Source: an uncultured Pseudomonadota bacterium
GTDB taxonomy: Bacteria; Babelota; Babeliae; Babelales; Chromulinivoraceae
Direction: 5' to 3'
Length of the DNA stretch: 64,000 bases
Assembly: GCA_964400275.1 (NCBI GenBank)
Contig: CAYNSS010000001.1
Span: 558,839-622,838 of the forward strand
Under the pieces are notes generated by a model, which had not been told where the DNA came from, did not search any database, and was given only the letters and a program-made list of their open reading frames with translations. Made by a program: the position numbers and the translations under genes. Position 1 is the first letter of the stretch. Each line of letters starts with the position of its first letter. This document shows, piece by piece, positions 28,907-38,377 of the stretch.

Positions 28907-29848
28907 TTATGTTGTTAGTCCTTTTACAATAGCATCAACATTGTAGTTGATCATGTCAATATAGCTACCTGCAACTCCATTAATATCACTTAGGCTATCT
29001 GAATAAAGCTCTTGGCCTATGTTGACTTGATGGTCAGACTTTTTGACGCGCTCTTGGATAGCCAGCATCATTTTTGCCGGTATTGAGGATTCAATAAAAA
29101 TAGTAGGTATTTTGTGTTGAATGATAAAGTTAACAATGTGTTCGATATCAGCAATACCAGATTCACTTGCAGTATTAATACCTTGAAGGCTCATAACTTC
29201 AAAGTCATAACATTTTGCAAAATATGAAAATGCATCATGACTTGTTATTAAAATTCTTTTATTTAGAGGAATTTTTTCAATGCGTTTTTTGTTTGATTGA
29301 TGAGCATGGATAATTCTGTCAGTTAAAACATGACAATTATGAATATAGACAGATTTATTTTCAGGGACAAGGTCACAAACAATAGCAGTAATTTTTTGTA
29401 CTATAGTAATCCAGATCTCAGGATTTAACCAAATATGAGGATCAAATATGTGGCAATTTTCATCTATGCAAATAAGATTTTCATGAGCAACGCATTCACT
29501 AACAGCATATGTTTTTTTCTGCCCAGCAAGATGAGAAAACAAATCGGTCATACGAGCTTCAAGATGTAGGCCATGATATATAATAGCATCAGCTTGAGCA
29601 ATTTTGATTAAGTCAGGTTCAATAGCTTTATAAGTATGTGGATCAACACCAGGTTGCATTAAAACTTCTATTTTAATACTATCTTTGACTATTTGTTTTA
29701 TTGTATCCCCTAGGATTGTAGTAGTGCATACAATCATAATTTTTTTATTATGAGGATCTTTTTTGATTATATTGATTTTATAATATAGCCAAAAACCAGC
29801 GATGATACATAATGTTGAAATAGCAATACTAAGATATTTAATATTCAT
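28907..29848 (-). CDS. metal ABC transporter substrate-binding protein (ZnuA/TroA/YtgA-like)
   Basis: N-terminal anchor. VDPHTYK, DPHIWLNP and SHDAFSYF blocks typical of cluster-9 metal SBPs. Confidence 0.8.
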   Translation of the reverse strand: MNIKYLSIAISTLCIIAGFWLYYKINIIKKDPHNKKIMIVCTTTILGDTIKQIVKDSIKIEVLMQPGVDPHTYKAIEPDLIKIAQADAIIYHGLHLEARMTDLFSHLAGQKKTYAVSECVAHENLICIDENCHIFDPHIWLNPEIWITIVQKITAIVCDLVPENKSVYIHNCHVLTDRIIHAHQSNKKRIEKIPLNKRILITSHDAFSYFAKCYDFEVMSLQGINTASESGIADIEHIVNFIIQHKIPTIFIESSIPAKMMLAIQERVKKSDHQVNIGQELYSDSLSDINGVAGSYIDMINYNVDAIVKGLTT

Positions 29849-29851
29849 ATA

Positions 29852-30271
29852 TTAAAAACGTTTTGAAAGGTATTTAATAATATCATCACTTTCAAGCATT
29901 TTTATATTTTTTTCTGCATCATACAAGAACGGGCATTGAGTGTTACCTTTATTTAATGAAAGAAGTTCTTGCATGTTAGTTTTATTGGTAACATCGATAA
30001 TGGTTATTTTATCTAGGTGGTTTTTTGAGCGTAAATAGTTAATAACTTTTTTACAGTATGGACAACTAGGATATATATAGAGTTTTATTTGATTCTTTTC
30101 TGTATTTGATTCTGACTCAAGAGAAGTGGATTTATTTTTCATTATTTCTCCTGTTACGATTTCTTTTTCAGCCGATTGAGATTCTTTTTTGTAAGAATTA
30201 GAACAACTAATAAGCGTTGTTATGCAAATAAACGAAAAAAGATGAAAAATTTTCTTTTGTGAAAAAAACAT
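29852..30271 (-). CDS. glutaredoxin-like lipoprotein (CPYC)
   Basis: Lipobox LISCSN. Glutaredoxin motif YIYPSCPYCKKVINYL. 3-nt gap to the SBP gene. Confidence 0.65.
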   Translation of the reverse strand: MFFSQKKIFHLFSFICITTLISCSNSYKKESQSAEKEIVTGEIMKNKSTSLESESNTEKNQIKLYIYPSCPYCKKVINYLRSKNHLDKITIIDVTNKTNMQELLSLNKGNTQCPFLYDAEKNIKMLESDDIIKYLSKRF

Positions 30272-30348
30272 TTAGTCTCCAATTTTTTATGTATTTTAGA
30301 AGTGTAATATTTTATTTACAAATAAAGTACTATTACCCTATCGTAACA

Positions 30349-31713
30349 TCAAGAGGGGGTCAAGTGTCCTTTGTATGAGGAATCTTTAACATGCAAATTT
30401 ATTTTTTTCTGTAGTAAGTTTTTTTGTTTTTTTTCAAGTCTGATAAGTCGTTTTATCTCTTTCCATTCATGCTCGGCAATATTCATAGCGCCATATACTT
30501 TTTGATTATAGATTTCTATATTGTAATCGTTTGGCGTATATTCGATGCTATGATGTTGCATGTGTTGACGCAGATCTTTGGTAATAAAAGGGATTATTTT
30601 TTTATAATTACTTTTAATAGTATGATAAGGTCGCATTTCAATTAGGTCAAAATCAGGCTTGAATTCAACAACTAGGTCATGTGGAGCATCTTTATTTTCT
30701 TCTAGAAATTTTGTTACGATTGGCAAAAAGGTAAGAATTGGAAGTGGATAAAAAGGAAATGTTTGGCGGTACGTTAAGATAGTCCATCCCATAAACCATA
30801 GTTCAAAGTGTCCAGGATCATAATTAACCTCTTTAAAATAACGGCTTAAAATTTTTGGATCATTAACAACTTGTTTGTCTTTATATTTTAAGCAAATCGG
30901 TTCATATTTAGTTATTTTTATACGAATTTGATGGAGTTTTTCAGGAACTTTAAAATTATTGCGCTTTGAGAATTTTTTCTTTGAAAAAAATCTTTTAAAA
31001 GAAAAGAAATCAAGGGTTTGCACCCGATCTGCGCGTGAATAAAAGTTAAATACTCTTTTAAATATAGGACTATTGATAAGATAATCAGTTTCAACTTGAA
31101 TTGGCGTGCCAAGTAACCAAAGTTCATCAATGTGAAAATGTTCTTGTTCTGGTTTAGTTTTGTAAATAGCGCCAAGCTGTAATGCAAGGTTGCCTCCATG
31201 GCTATATCCTATAAGTCGAACACGAGGCTTAAAACCTTCTTTTTGGCATCGTTTAAATATTTTTGCAAGATCTTGATATAAAAATGAACCTTCAAGAAAA
31301 CGTAATTTATTACTAATGAGTCCACTCCAACCAAATGTATAGTATTCATCTGTTTTTGGATAACCAGCATTAAGAGAAATTTCTTCAAAAGCAGTAGCAA
31401 GAACAGGAGCAGCAGCATTTTTGTGAAGATCATAGATATCTATTTTGTGAAGTCCAAGGCCAGCCATTGCTTGATTTTTATAAAAGAAAGGATCCCGACG
31501 ATTGATTTCTGTTGACCGATAATAAATAGATTCTTCGATGGTATCATAAAGCATTTTAAAAATATTGCGGATCCCTAAATGAGGTCTTAAAGAAAAAGAT
31601 CCGTGAATAAAAACGGTAATCCATTTTGATGGAAGAGTCGTATTTTCAGCTGCAGTAAGGCTTAAATTTGAACATATTATTATTGCAAGTGTAAGACTAA
31701 TTTTTTTATTCAT
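30349..31713 (-). CDS. secreted alpha/beta-hydrolase (lipase/esterase-like)
   Basis: Signal peptide. VFIHGSF, then nucleophile elbow GYSHGG (GxSxG). Confidence 0.65.
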   Translation of the reverse strand: MNKKISLTLAIIICSNLSLTAAENTTLPSKWITVFIHGSFSLRPHLGIRNIFKMLYDTIEESIYYRSTEINRRDPFFYKNQAMAGLGLHKIDIYDLHKNAAAPVLATAFEEISLNAGYPKTDEYYTFGWSGLISNKLRFLEGSFLYQDLAKIFKRCQKEGFKPRVRLIGYSHGGNLALQLGAIYKTKPEQEHFHIDELWLLGTPIQVETDYLINSPIFKRVFNFYSRADRVQTLDFFSFKRFFSKKKFSKRNNFKVPEKLHQIRIKITKYEPICLKYKDKQVVNDPKILSRYFKEVNYDPGHFELWFMGWTILTYRQTFPFYPLPILTFLPIVTKFLEENKDAPHDLVVEFKPDFDLIEMRPYHTIKSNYKKIIPFITKDLRQHMQHHSIEYTPNDYNIEIYNQKVYGAMNIAEHEWKEIKRLIRLEKKQKNLLQKKINLHVKDSSYKGHLTPS

Positions 31714-31734
31714 ATTTATACCTGAATTACAAAT

Positions 31735-31754
31735 AGATTCTTTTTTAAGAATCC
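31735..31754. promoter_or_regulatory. recurring palindrome AGATTCTTTTTTAAGAATCC
   Basis: 22-41 nt upstream of the lipase-like start (31713). 20-mer identical to 52722..52741. Confidence 0.6.
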
Positions 31755-31878
31755 AATAAATCTTTTGTACTTGTTGTTTACTATAGTCATAGTTTTTTTC
31801 TAAGCCAATGGATTATCTATTTTTAATTAAAAAAAGTCTTTATAATACCAAAAATCACATTTTACCTTTGAAATTAAT

Positions 31879-32544
31879 TTAATTTTTCTTTAATAATTTT
31901 TCTAAACTAATTTCATCATAGTGTTCAATAATTTCATCAGCATGAGATAAAGCAGCCCTATTTTTTCCTGTATTGATGCCGATGCAATACATACCAGCAG
32001 CCTTTGCCGCGGTAATGCCATGAGTAGAATCTTCGATTGCAATACAAAGCTCCGGCGAAACATTAAGTTGTTCTGCAGCATGAAGATATACATCAGGCCT
32101 TGGTTTTGCTCTTTTAAAAACATGATCAACGGTATACATATGCTTATCAAAGAATGTATGAAGAGGTATGTATTCTAGAATTTTAGTGAGCTCAGGCAGT
32201 GATGCATTGGTTGCTATTGCGCATTTAAGATTTTCTTGCGTTAATTTTGAGTGAAATCTGTCAAATCCTTCAATGAGTTCAATTTTTTCATGAAATTGTC
32301 TGAAAGCATATTCTTTTTTTTCTTTCATAAGTTCTTCAACAGAAGCTTTGGTATTAAATGTTTTATGAATATATGAACAGGTTGTTAAAAGAGAGCCACC
32401 TTTTAAAAGAGGAAGTAAGCTTTCGCATTCTTCATCAGATAAATTGGTATGTTTTTTTAAAATAGTTCTACTTGATTGTTCCCATATGTTTTCGCTCGTA
32501 ATAATTGTTCCATCCATATCAAAGATAATAGCTTGAAAACGCAT
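31879..32544 (-). CDS. HAD-superfamily hydrolase (beta-phosphoglucomutase-like subfamily IA)
   Basis: Motif I FDMDGTI, motif II ATNAS, and a distal EDSTHG. Confidence 0.8.
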   Translation of the reverse strand: MRFQAIIFDMDGTIITSENIWEQSSRTILKKHTNLSDEECESLLPLLKGGSLLTTCSYIHKTFNTKASVEELMKEKKEYAFRQFHEKIELIEGFDRFHSKLTQENLKCAIATNASLPELTKILEYIPLHTFFDKHMYTVDHVFKRAKPRPDVYLHAAEQLNVSPELCIAIEDSTHGITAAKAAGMYCIGINTGKNRAALSHADEIIEHYDEISLEKLLKKN

Positions 32545-32657
32545 AAAACTCCTTTATTTATTTTAAAAAATGATTGCTGTACAATAAATAAAGATATTAG
32601 TACACTTGTTTTTTATATACTAGATATTGTATCAAAAATTTAACTAAAAATTATAAA

Positions 32658-33281
32658 ATGAATAAAAGTTTTGTTTTTTTAATATCATTTTTAATGATCT
32701 GTTTTTCTTCATTGATTCCGATTAGTTATATTGTAGGCTCTTGTGCTTCTTTTTTTTCTTTAACAACGATAGTGGCAGCATTAGTAGGGAAGTATAGTTC
32801 TTTGTGGAGCTTAGTTCTATTTTTTATTAGTTGTAAGAAAATAAGTTTTTATAATTTTTTTTATTTTGCAATTAAAAGAATTCCACTGTTTTTTGCAGGA
32901 TGGTCTTATAAAACTTCAAATATCGTTAATTCTGTTGCAATACCGTTGGTATGCATGATTTTATTTATAGCACATCCCGTTGGATCTCTTGCTTGGTCTT
33001 ATGCAATGTATTGGTTTATACCAATGATTATATTTTTTAGTAAAAATGAAAATACTTTTATAAAAGCTCTTGCTGCAGTGTTTACGGCTCATGCTGTTGG
33101 TTCAGTGATATGGATTTATACTCATGAAATGAATCCAAGTGCATGGATTTCTTTAATTCCAATTGTCGCTTTAGAGCGTATTATCATGGCAGCGTGTATT
33201 ACATCGGCTGAATTTTGTATCAGCAAAATCAAAAATGTTTTTATACAAAGATCATTGCAATATCGTAAGGAATTTGCATGA
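32658..33281 (+). CDS. integral membrane protein, function unknown
   Basis: 207 aa with 5-6 predicted TM helices. 4-nt overlap with uppS suggests co-transcription. Confidence 0.55.
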   Translation: MNKSFVFLISFLMICFSSLIPISYIVGSCASFFSLTTIVAALVGKYSSLWSLVLFFISCKKISFYNFFYFAIKRIPLFFAGWSYKTSNIVNSVAIPLVCMILFIAHPVGSLAWSYAMYWFIPMIIFFSKNENTFIKALAAVFTAHAVGSVIWIYTHEMNPSAWISLIPIVALERIIMAACITSAEFCISKIKNVFIQRSLQYRKEFA

Positions 33282-33973
33282 TTTCACACCTTGCTCTGAT
33301 TATGGATGGTAATCGAAGATGGGCAAAACAACAGAATTTATTTGCTTGGCAAGGACATAAGCAAGGTGCAAAAAACGTTGAAATGGTACTTGAATACTGT
33401 CTTGAAAAAAAAATACAGTATCTTTCTTTATATGCTTTTTCCTTGGAAAACTTAGAGCGTAGCTCAGATGAAAAAAATCATATATTTGATTTGATTAAGC
33501 AATCAGCAAATAGATCTCAAGAATTTATTAAAAACAATGTGCAAGTGAGATTTGTAGGTAATTTGTCATTGCTTCCAGAAGATGTACGCATATCTTGTGA
33601 TAGCCTTATGCAGGATACTAAGCAGTGTAATGCCTTAATTTGTAATTTTTTGGTTTGTTATGGAGGGCAACAAGAGATTATTGCTGCAATTCAAAAAATA
33701 ATTGCATCACAAAGCCAACAGAGCGTAGATGTTTTTTTAAAGGATGATTTTACCAAAGAAATATTAAAGCAATTTTTATGGATGGGAAATGTTCCTGATC
33801 CTGAGATTATTATTCGTACGGGTGGCGTTAAAAGGCTAAGTAATTTTTTGTTATTTCAAGCAGCGTATAGTGAAATTAGATTTTTAGATATTTTTTGGCC
33901 AGCTTTAACCAAAGAAATTCTTGATCAAACAATTCAAGAGTGTTTGCAGGCAAATAAAAATTTTGGTAAATAA
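33278..33973 (+). CDS. uppS: undecaprenyl-diphosphate synthase
   Basis: IMDGNRRWAK, YAFSLENLERS, IRTGG..RLSNFLLFQ. Confidence 0.92.
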   Translation: MISHLALIMDGNRRWAKQQNLFAWQGHKQGAKNVEMVLEYCLEKKIQYLSLYAFSLENLERSSDEKNHIFDLIKQSANRSQEFIKNNVQVRFVGNLSLLPEDVRISCDSLMQDTKQCNALICNFLVCYGGQQEIIAAIQKIIASQSQQSVDVFLKDDFTKEILKQFLWMGNVPDPEIIIRTGGVKRLSNFLLFQAAYSEIRFLDIFWPALTKEILDQTIQECLQANKNFGK

Positions 33974-33974
33974 T

Positions 33975-34688
33975 TTATTCAATTTCTAGCTGAATAAAAA
34001 ATGCAGCATCTAAAGTTACAAATGATCCTGGTTTAGGCTTTTGATTAACGATGATCATTTCTTTTAGAAATGGTGGATGGATTATTTCTGAAGATTCAAA
34101 AATCTTATAATTTATTTGCTGTTGTTCTAGTTTGTTGATAACTAAATTAATATTTTTCCCTATAAAATTCGGCATAATATATAGATTAGGTTTTTGTTGT
34201 GCTGTGTATATTATTATTTTTTTATCAGAGAGAATAGTATCCTTTTCTGGTATTTGACCGATGCAAGTATCTATGCCTAGTGGGTAAATCAAAGGATAAT
34301 TTTTGAGTTGAATATCATGTTCCTTTGCTATTTTAATACAATTTTTAAGAGGTAGTAATTTTAGATCAGGAGCTTTTGCAGGTTGATTTTCTTTAGCTAT
34401 AGTAATTAATATTGTTTGATTTTGTTTAATAAGTCTGCCAGAGCTAGGCTTTTGAGAGATTATGATTCCAGGTTCTACGCCTGGAGCTTCTTGTTCACAT
34501 AGTAATTTTATAGTGGCATGATTTTTTGCAGCAAGATTTAATGCATGAGGCAATCGAAGGCCTATAAGGTTTGGTGTTTGATACAATCCAGAACCTATTA
34601 AAAAATAGGATAGTATGTATCCAAGCATAAAAAGAATAAAAGGCATTAAGGCTAAGAATAAAAAAAACTTATTTTTCATTAGATCCAA
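33975..34688 (-). CDS. membrane-anchored protein with three PASTA domains
   Basis: N-terminal TM helix, then three ~65-aa units of PASTA type (e.g. PNLIGLRLPHALNLAAKNHATIKL...PGIIISQKPSSGRLIKQNQTILITI). No kinase or transpeptidase domain. Confidence 0.7.
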   Translation of the reverse strand: MDLMKNKFFLFLALMPFILFMLGYILSYFLIGSGLYQTPNLIGLRLPHALNLAAKNHATIKLLCEQEAPGVEPGIIISQKPSSGRLIKQNQTILITIAKENQPAKAPDLKLLPLKNCIKIAKEHDIQLKNYPLIYPLGIDTCIGQIPEKDTILSDKKIIIYTAQQKPNLYIMPNFIGKNINLVINKLEQQQINYKIFESSEIIHPPFLKEMIIVNQKPKPGSFVTLDAAFFIQLEIE

Positions 34689-34739
34689 AGTATTAGGTCA
34701 TATTGATTTTAGACTGTTTGAAATCTCAGATGTTATATT

Positions 34740-35108
34740 AAGGGCAGATAATAAGCCGGATTCTGTTAATTGGCGTAAAGCCAATTTGGCAATTATTTAT
34801 CTATGCGACATACCCGCAAGTAAGAGTTCAAGCGCTCAGCTTGCTTACTTTGTCTTGCTCCTGAAGGGGTTTACCCTATACATAAATTGCTCTATGTACA
34901 CGTGTGCTCTTACCACACATTTTCACCCTTACTTATACTATTCATATAAGCGGTTATTTTCTGTGGCACTTTCCGTCATAAACAGACTCGCAAGAATCTA
35001 TTTATGCCCTGCATTGAGTTACCTCTCTGCAGGCATCATGCTTGAATGGAGTCCGGACTTTCCTCATAAAATTTTTTCAAATTTTACGCAATTGCCTAAT
35101 CTGCCCAA
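34740..35108 (-). ncRNA. rnpB: RNase P RNA (bacterial type)
   Basis: The minus strand reads GGGCAGAUUAGGC...GAGGAAAGUCCGGACUCC...GGAAAGUGCCACAGAAA...GUAAGGGUGAAAAUGUGUGGUAAGAGCACAC...GGGUAAACCCCUUCAGGAGCAAG...ACAGAAUCCGGCUUAUUAUCUGCCC. P1 (GGGCAGAU/AUCUGCCC) and both P4 strands are present. It replaces the spurious track ORF 34615..35142. Confidence 0.95.
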
Positions 35109-35327
35109 TTTTTATTCAAAGTATAAAAAAAGTTTATCATAGAGGTTTATAAATAGCAAAGCCTCGAGCTTTTCTTTGAAAATTAGTTTATAAAAAAAGA
35201 TAAGCTTTGAGTCTTTTCTCATTTGACAGATAGAAATAGTTTGGTATCATTATTTCCAATAATAAGGTATTTTGAGATAGATATTGAAGTAAAAAAATAA
35301 CAAAACCGTTTATACACAAGGATGTAT

Positions 35328-35651
35328 ATGAAAAAAATGTTTTTAGCGCTTGCTTTATTAGCAGTAGCTCCAATTTTTGCAGAAGAACCTACAGTTGAAT
35401 CTAAAGGTATTGTTGCAAAAGCAAAAGAAGCAGTTTCAGGTGCAGCATCTTCTGTTGCTGGCTATTATAGCAATGCAGCAGGCTCAGTTGATAACTTTGT
35501 TGCTAATTGGACGCCAAGCTTCGTTTCAACTCCTGTTTCAGCAGTTGTTGATGCAGCTAGAAACAACGTAAAAGTTGCTATGGCTCTTGTAGCAGTTGCT
35601 ACATATGCAGTTGTAAAAACATCAGAATCTTCAGTTGAAGCTGAATTGTAG
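35328..35651 (+). CDS. small secreted Ala/Ser/Val-rich protein
   Basis: AAGGA RBS 5 nt before ATG 35328. Signal peptide MKKMFLALALLAVAPIFA. Strong terminator downstream. Confidence 0.6.
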   Translation: MKKMFLALALLAVAPIFAEEPTVESKGIVAKAKEAVSGAASSVAGYYSNAAGSVDNFVANWTPSFVSTPVSAVVDAARNNVKVAMALVAVATYAVVKTSESSVEAEL

Positions 35652-35685
35652 TTTTTACAGACTATATTTAAGATTTTAGAAAAAG

Positions 35686-35722
35686 AAAAGATCAGCTCTT
35701 AAGGCTGATCTTTTCTTTTTTA
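35686..35722 (+). terminator. rho-independent terminator
   Basis: Stem aaaagatcagc / gctgatctttt, followed by a T-rich tail CTTTTTT. Confidence 0.8.
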
Positions 35723-35860
35723 TTATTGGAAAAAATAAGGGCTAGGCGGGTTTTAAGAAAAATCATTGTTTTTAATTGTATTAACAACAACTTTTATTGT
35801 AGAAAAATCATTAAAAAATGAATAAGTAGAAGATGAAGAATTGAATTATTGTTTTTGAGA

Positions 35861-35888
35861 AAAGACTGTATGAAAGTATGGTCTTTTT
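35861..35888 (+). terminator. orphan plus-strand terminator-like hairpin
   Basis: aaagactgtat-GAAA-gtatggtcttt plus T5. The three G-U pairs become C-A mismatches on the minus strand, so it folds well only as plus-strand RNA. No plus-strand ORF lies between 35723 and 35860. Confidence 0.35.
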
Positions 35889-35942
35889 GTACTTACAGTA
35901 AGTTTTTAATAGTACGGGGGAACTTTTTAATGGCTTTGTTTA

Positions 35943-36398
35943 TTAGTCATGAATAGGTTCTTTACTTGTGATCCAAATAAAAGTCAGGATGATATTATTA
36001 AGAATCGTAGAAATAATAAAATTTGCTACAAGAGCTGTATCATTAAAAAAATAGAAAAAAATAATCGCTTGAGTTAAGCAATATAGTGTTATAAAAATGA
36101 TGGGTAATATTAATTTATTATAAAAACTATTTTGAATTTTTAGCAGTATTGTAGAAAAAATAGTTATGCAGATGATGGTAAATCCAAAATATCCTGTGAG
36201 TATAAAATTAATACTATCAAGTAAAAAAGATAAACTTGCAGGAATTATAAGTTTTAATTTTGCAAATAGGCTATAGGTATATGCTATTAAAAGTAAATTC
36301 ACATACATAGTATGTTCATATTTTAATAGACATAATTGTACAGAAAATAAGATCACTAATGTGAGAGCTATTATTAAAAACTGTATAATTTTTTTCAT
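35943..36398 (-). CDS. small polytopic membrane protein (MreD-sized, function unknown)
   Basis: 151 aa with about 5 TM helices. Divergent from the PBP1A gene. No diagnostic motif. Confidence 0.5.
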   Translation of the reverse strand: MKKIIQFLIIALTLVILFSVQLCLLKYEHTMYVNLLLIAYTYSLFAKLKLIIPASLSFLLDSINFILTGYFGFTIICITIFSTILLKIQNSFYNKLILPIIFITLYCLTQAIIFFYFFNDTALVANFIISTILNNIILTFIWITSKEPIHD

Positions 36399-36465
36399 AA
36401 TAATTGTTTGTTTTTTGTGGCTATATTACACTATTTTTATACTAAAAATTTAAGTTCAGGAATAT

Positions 36466-38361
36466 ATGCGTCAATTATTCTATATAATATTGTTGGTAAT
36501 ATTTTTTATTGGATCATTTTTTTTGGGAACAATTTCTTTTTTTGTTCATAATCATACGATTGATTTTTCTTCTTTGCAACAAAATGTTGAGGCAATGCCT
36601 TCAATCTTGCTTGATGTTCATGGAAAACAATGGGGACAGTTTGAACTTGAAAAAAGAAAGTATGTTTTGCTTGAAAGCATGCCTGAATATTTAATCCAAG
36701 CTTTTTTGGCAACAGAAGATAGAGATTTTTTTAAACATCCAGGAATATCATTTCGAGGAATAGTTCGTTCTTTATTGGTTAATACATTGTATGGTCGTCG
36801 TGTGCAGGGAGCGAGTACGATTACACAACAATTAGTACGATTAAAATTTTTAAACTCAAAAAAAACTTTTACTAGAAAAATCAAAGAACAGTTTTATGCT
36901 ATATTGGTTGAACGAGAATGGAGTAAAGAACAGATTCTTGAGGCATATCTTAATAACGTGTATTTTGGATATGGTATTTATGGTGTTCAGGCAGCAGCGC
37001 AACGTTTTTGGGGCAGGGATATTTCAGATATCAGTCTTGAGCAAGCTGCAACTTTAGCAAGTATTATGAAATCACCTCAAATGTATTCCCCTATTCATAA
37101 TCCAAAAAATGCGAAATTGCGTCGTAACTTAATTCTTAAGCTTATGTGTGATATTGGTATGATTTCTACTACTGAAAAAAAACATGCACAGGAACAGGAA
37201 TTGGGAATTATAGAATCTACGCATTCTGCAATGATTGCTCCACATGCTCAAGAAATGATACGTCAAACCTTAGAATGTATGGTTGGTAAAGAACAGTTAT
37301 ATACTGGAGGTTTGATTATTCAAACTGCATTGGATATTGATATTCAGCAAAAAGCTGAAAAATCTTTTAAAGATCATGTTCTGTATCTTCGTAATAAGTT
37401 AAATAAAAAGGTTGATGGTGGTTTAATTAGTATTGATACAGAAACTGGAGCAATACGAGCTATGGTTGGTGGATATGATTTTAAAAAGTCTAAATTTAAT
37501 AGAGCTGTTCAAGCTAAAAGGCAAATGGGATCTATTTTTAAAATATTTGTTTATTCAGCAGCCTTAGAGCAAGGATTAAATTTATGGGATACAGACTTAG
37601 ATGAGCCTTTTGAAATGGAACAAAACGGATCTCTTTGGAAACCAAAAAATTATAATGATATGTTTTTGGGTCTTATGACTCGTGCGTATGCATTATCTCA
37701 TTCAAACAATATTGTTACTATTAAAACATTGCTGCAAGTAGGGGTTGAAAACGTTATTGATGTTGCAAGACGATGTCATATTTTATCGCCTATGCCAGCG
37801 TATCCATCATTGGCTCTTGGATGTGTTGATGTGACACCGCTTCAGGTAGTAGCTTCTTTTAATGTTTTGGCAAATCAAGGTATATATGTTAAGCCCTATA
37901 TAATTTCTTGGGTTAAAGATATTTATGGCCATAAAATTTATAAACATCATCCTGTTAAGTGTCAGGCAATAAGTTCAAAAATAGCAGCTCAAATTGCTCA
38001 TGTTCTTTCATTTGCTATTACTCGTTTGAAACAGCTTTTTTTAAAAGAAGGTACTATGGATGTACAAGTTTTTGGAAAAACAGGTACGAATAATGATTGT
38101 AGAACATGTTGGTTTTGTGCTTCTACTCCAGATTTAACTACAGCTATTTATATAGGCTGTGATGATAATCGATCTTTAGGAAAATATGTTTTTGGATCAA
38201 AAGCTGCTTTTCCTATTTGGCTAAATATGCAACAGGAGATTGCAAAAAATAAAACAAATTTTTATTATGATTTACAATTAAAAAATGTTTATGTTAATTG
38301 GATCACAGGATTATTCCATAAAAAAATAGATCATCCGGATGTTGTTCCATTATTAACATAA
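36466..38361 (+). CDS. mrcA: bifunctional class A penicillin-binding protein (PBP1A-like)
   Basis: Glycosyltransferase-51 motifs EDRDFFKHPGIS, GASTITQQL, RKIKE. Transpeptidase motifs SIFK, SHSNN, KTGT. Confidence 0.92.
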   Translation: MRQLFYIILLVIFFIGSFFLGTISFFVHNHTIDFSSLQQNVEAMPSILLDVHGKQWGQFELEKRKYVLLESMPEYLIQAFLATEDRDFFKHPGISFRGIVRSLLVNTLYGRRVQGASTITQQLVRLKFLNSKKTFTRKIKEQFYAILVEREWSKEQILEAYLNNVYFGYGIYGVQAAAQRFWGRDISDISLEQAATLASIMKSPQMYSPIHNPKNAKLRRNLILKLMCDIGMISTTEKKHAQEQELGIIESTHSAMIAPHAQEMIRQTLECMVGKEQLYTGGLIIQTALDIDIQQKAEKSFKDHVLYLRNKLNKKVDGGLISIDTETGAIRAMVGGYDFKKSKFNRAVQAKRQMGSIFKIFVYSAALEQGLNLWDTDLDEPFEMEQNGSLWKPKNYNDMFLGLMTRAYALSHSNNIVTIKTLLQVGVENVIDVARRCHILSPMPAYPSLALGCVDVTPLQVVASFNVLANQGIYVKPYIISWVKDIYGHKIYKHHPVKCQAISSKIAAQIAHVLSFAITRLKQLFLKEGTMDVQVFGKTGTNNDCRTCWFCASTPDLTTAIYIGCDDNRSLGKYVFGSKAAFPIWLNMQQEIAKNKTNFYYDLQLKNVYVNWITGLFHKKIDHPDVVPLLT

Positions 38362-38377
38362 GTTAAAAAGGGAATGT

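Noticed and set aside
34615-35142. 175-aa plus-strand ORF in the supplied track
   Set aside because: The region is locally GC-richer, and the opposite strand contains all conserved RNase P RNA elements (GAGGAAAGUCCGG, GGUAAGAGC, ACAGAAUCCGGCUUAU, P1 pairing). The ORF is a by-product of the structured RNA gene.
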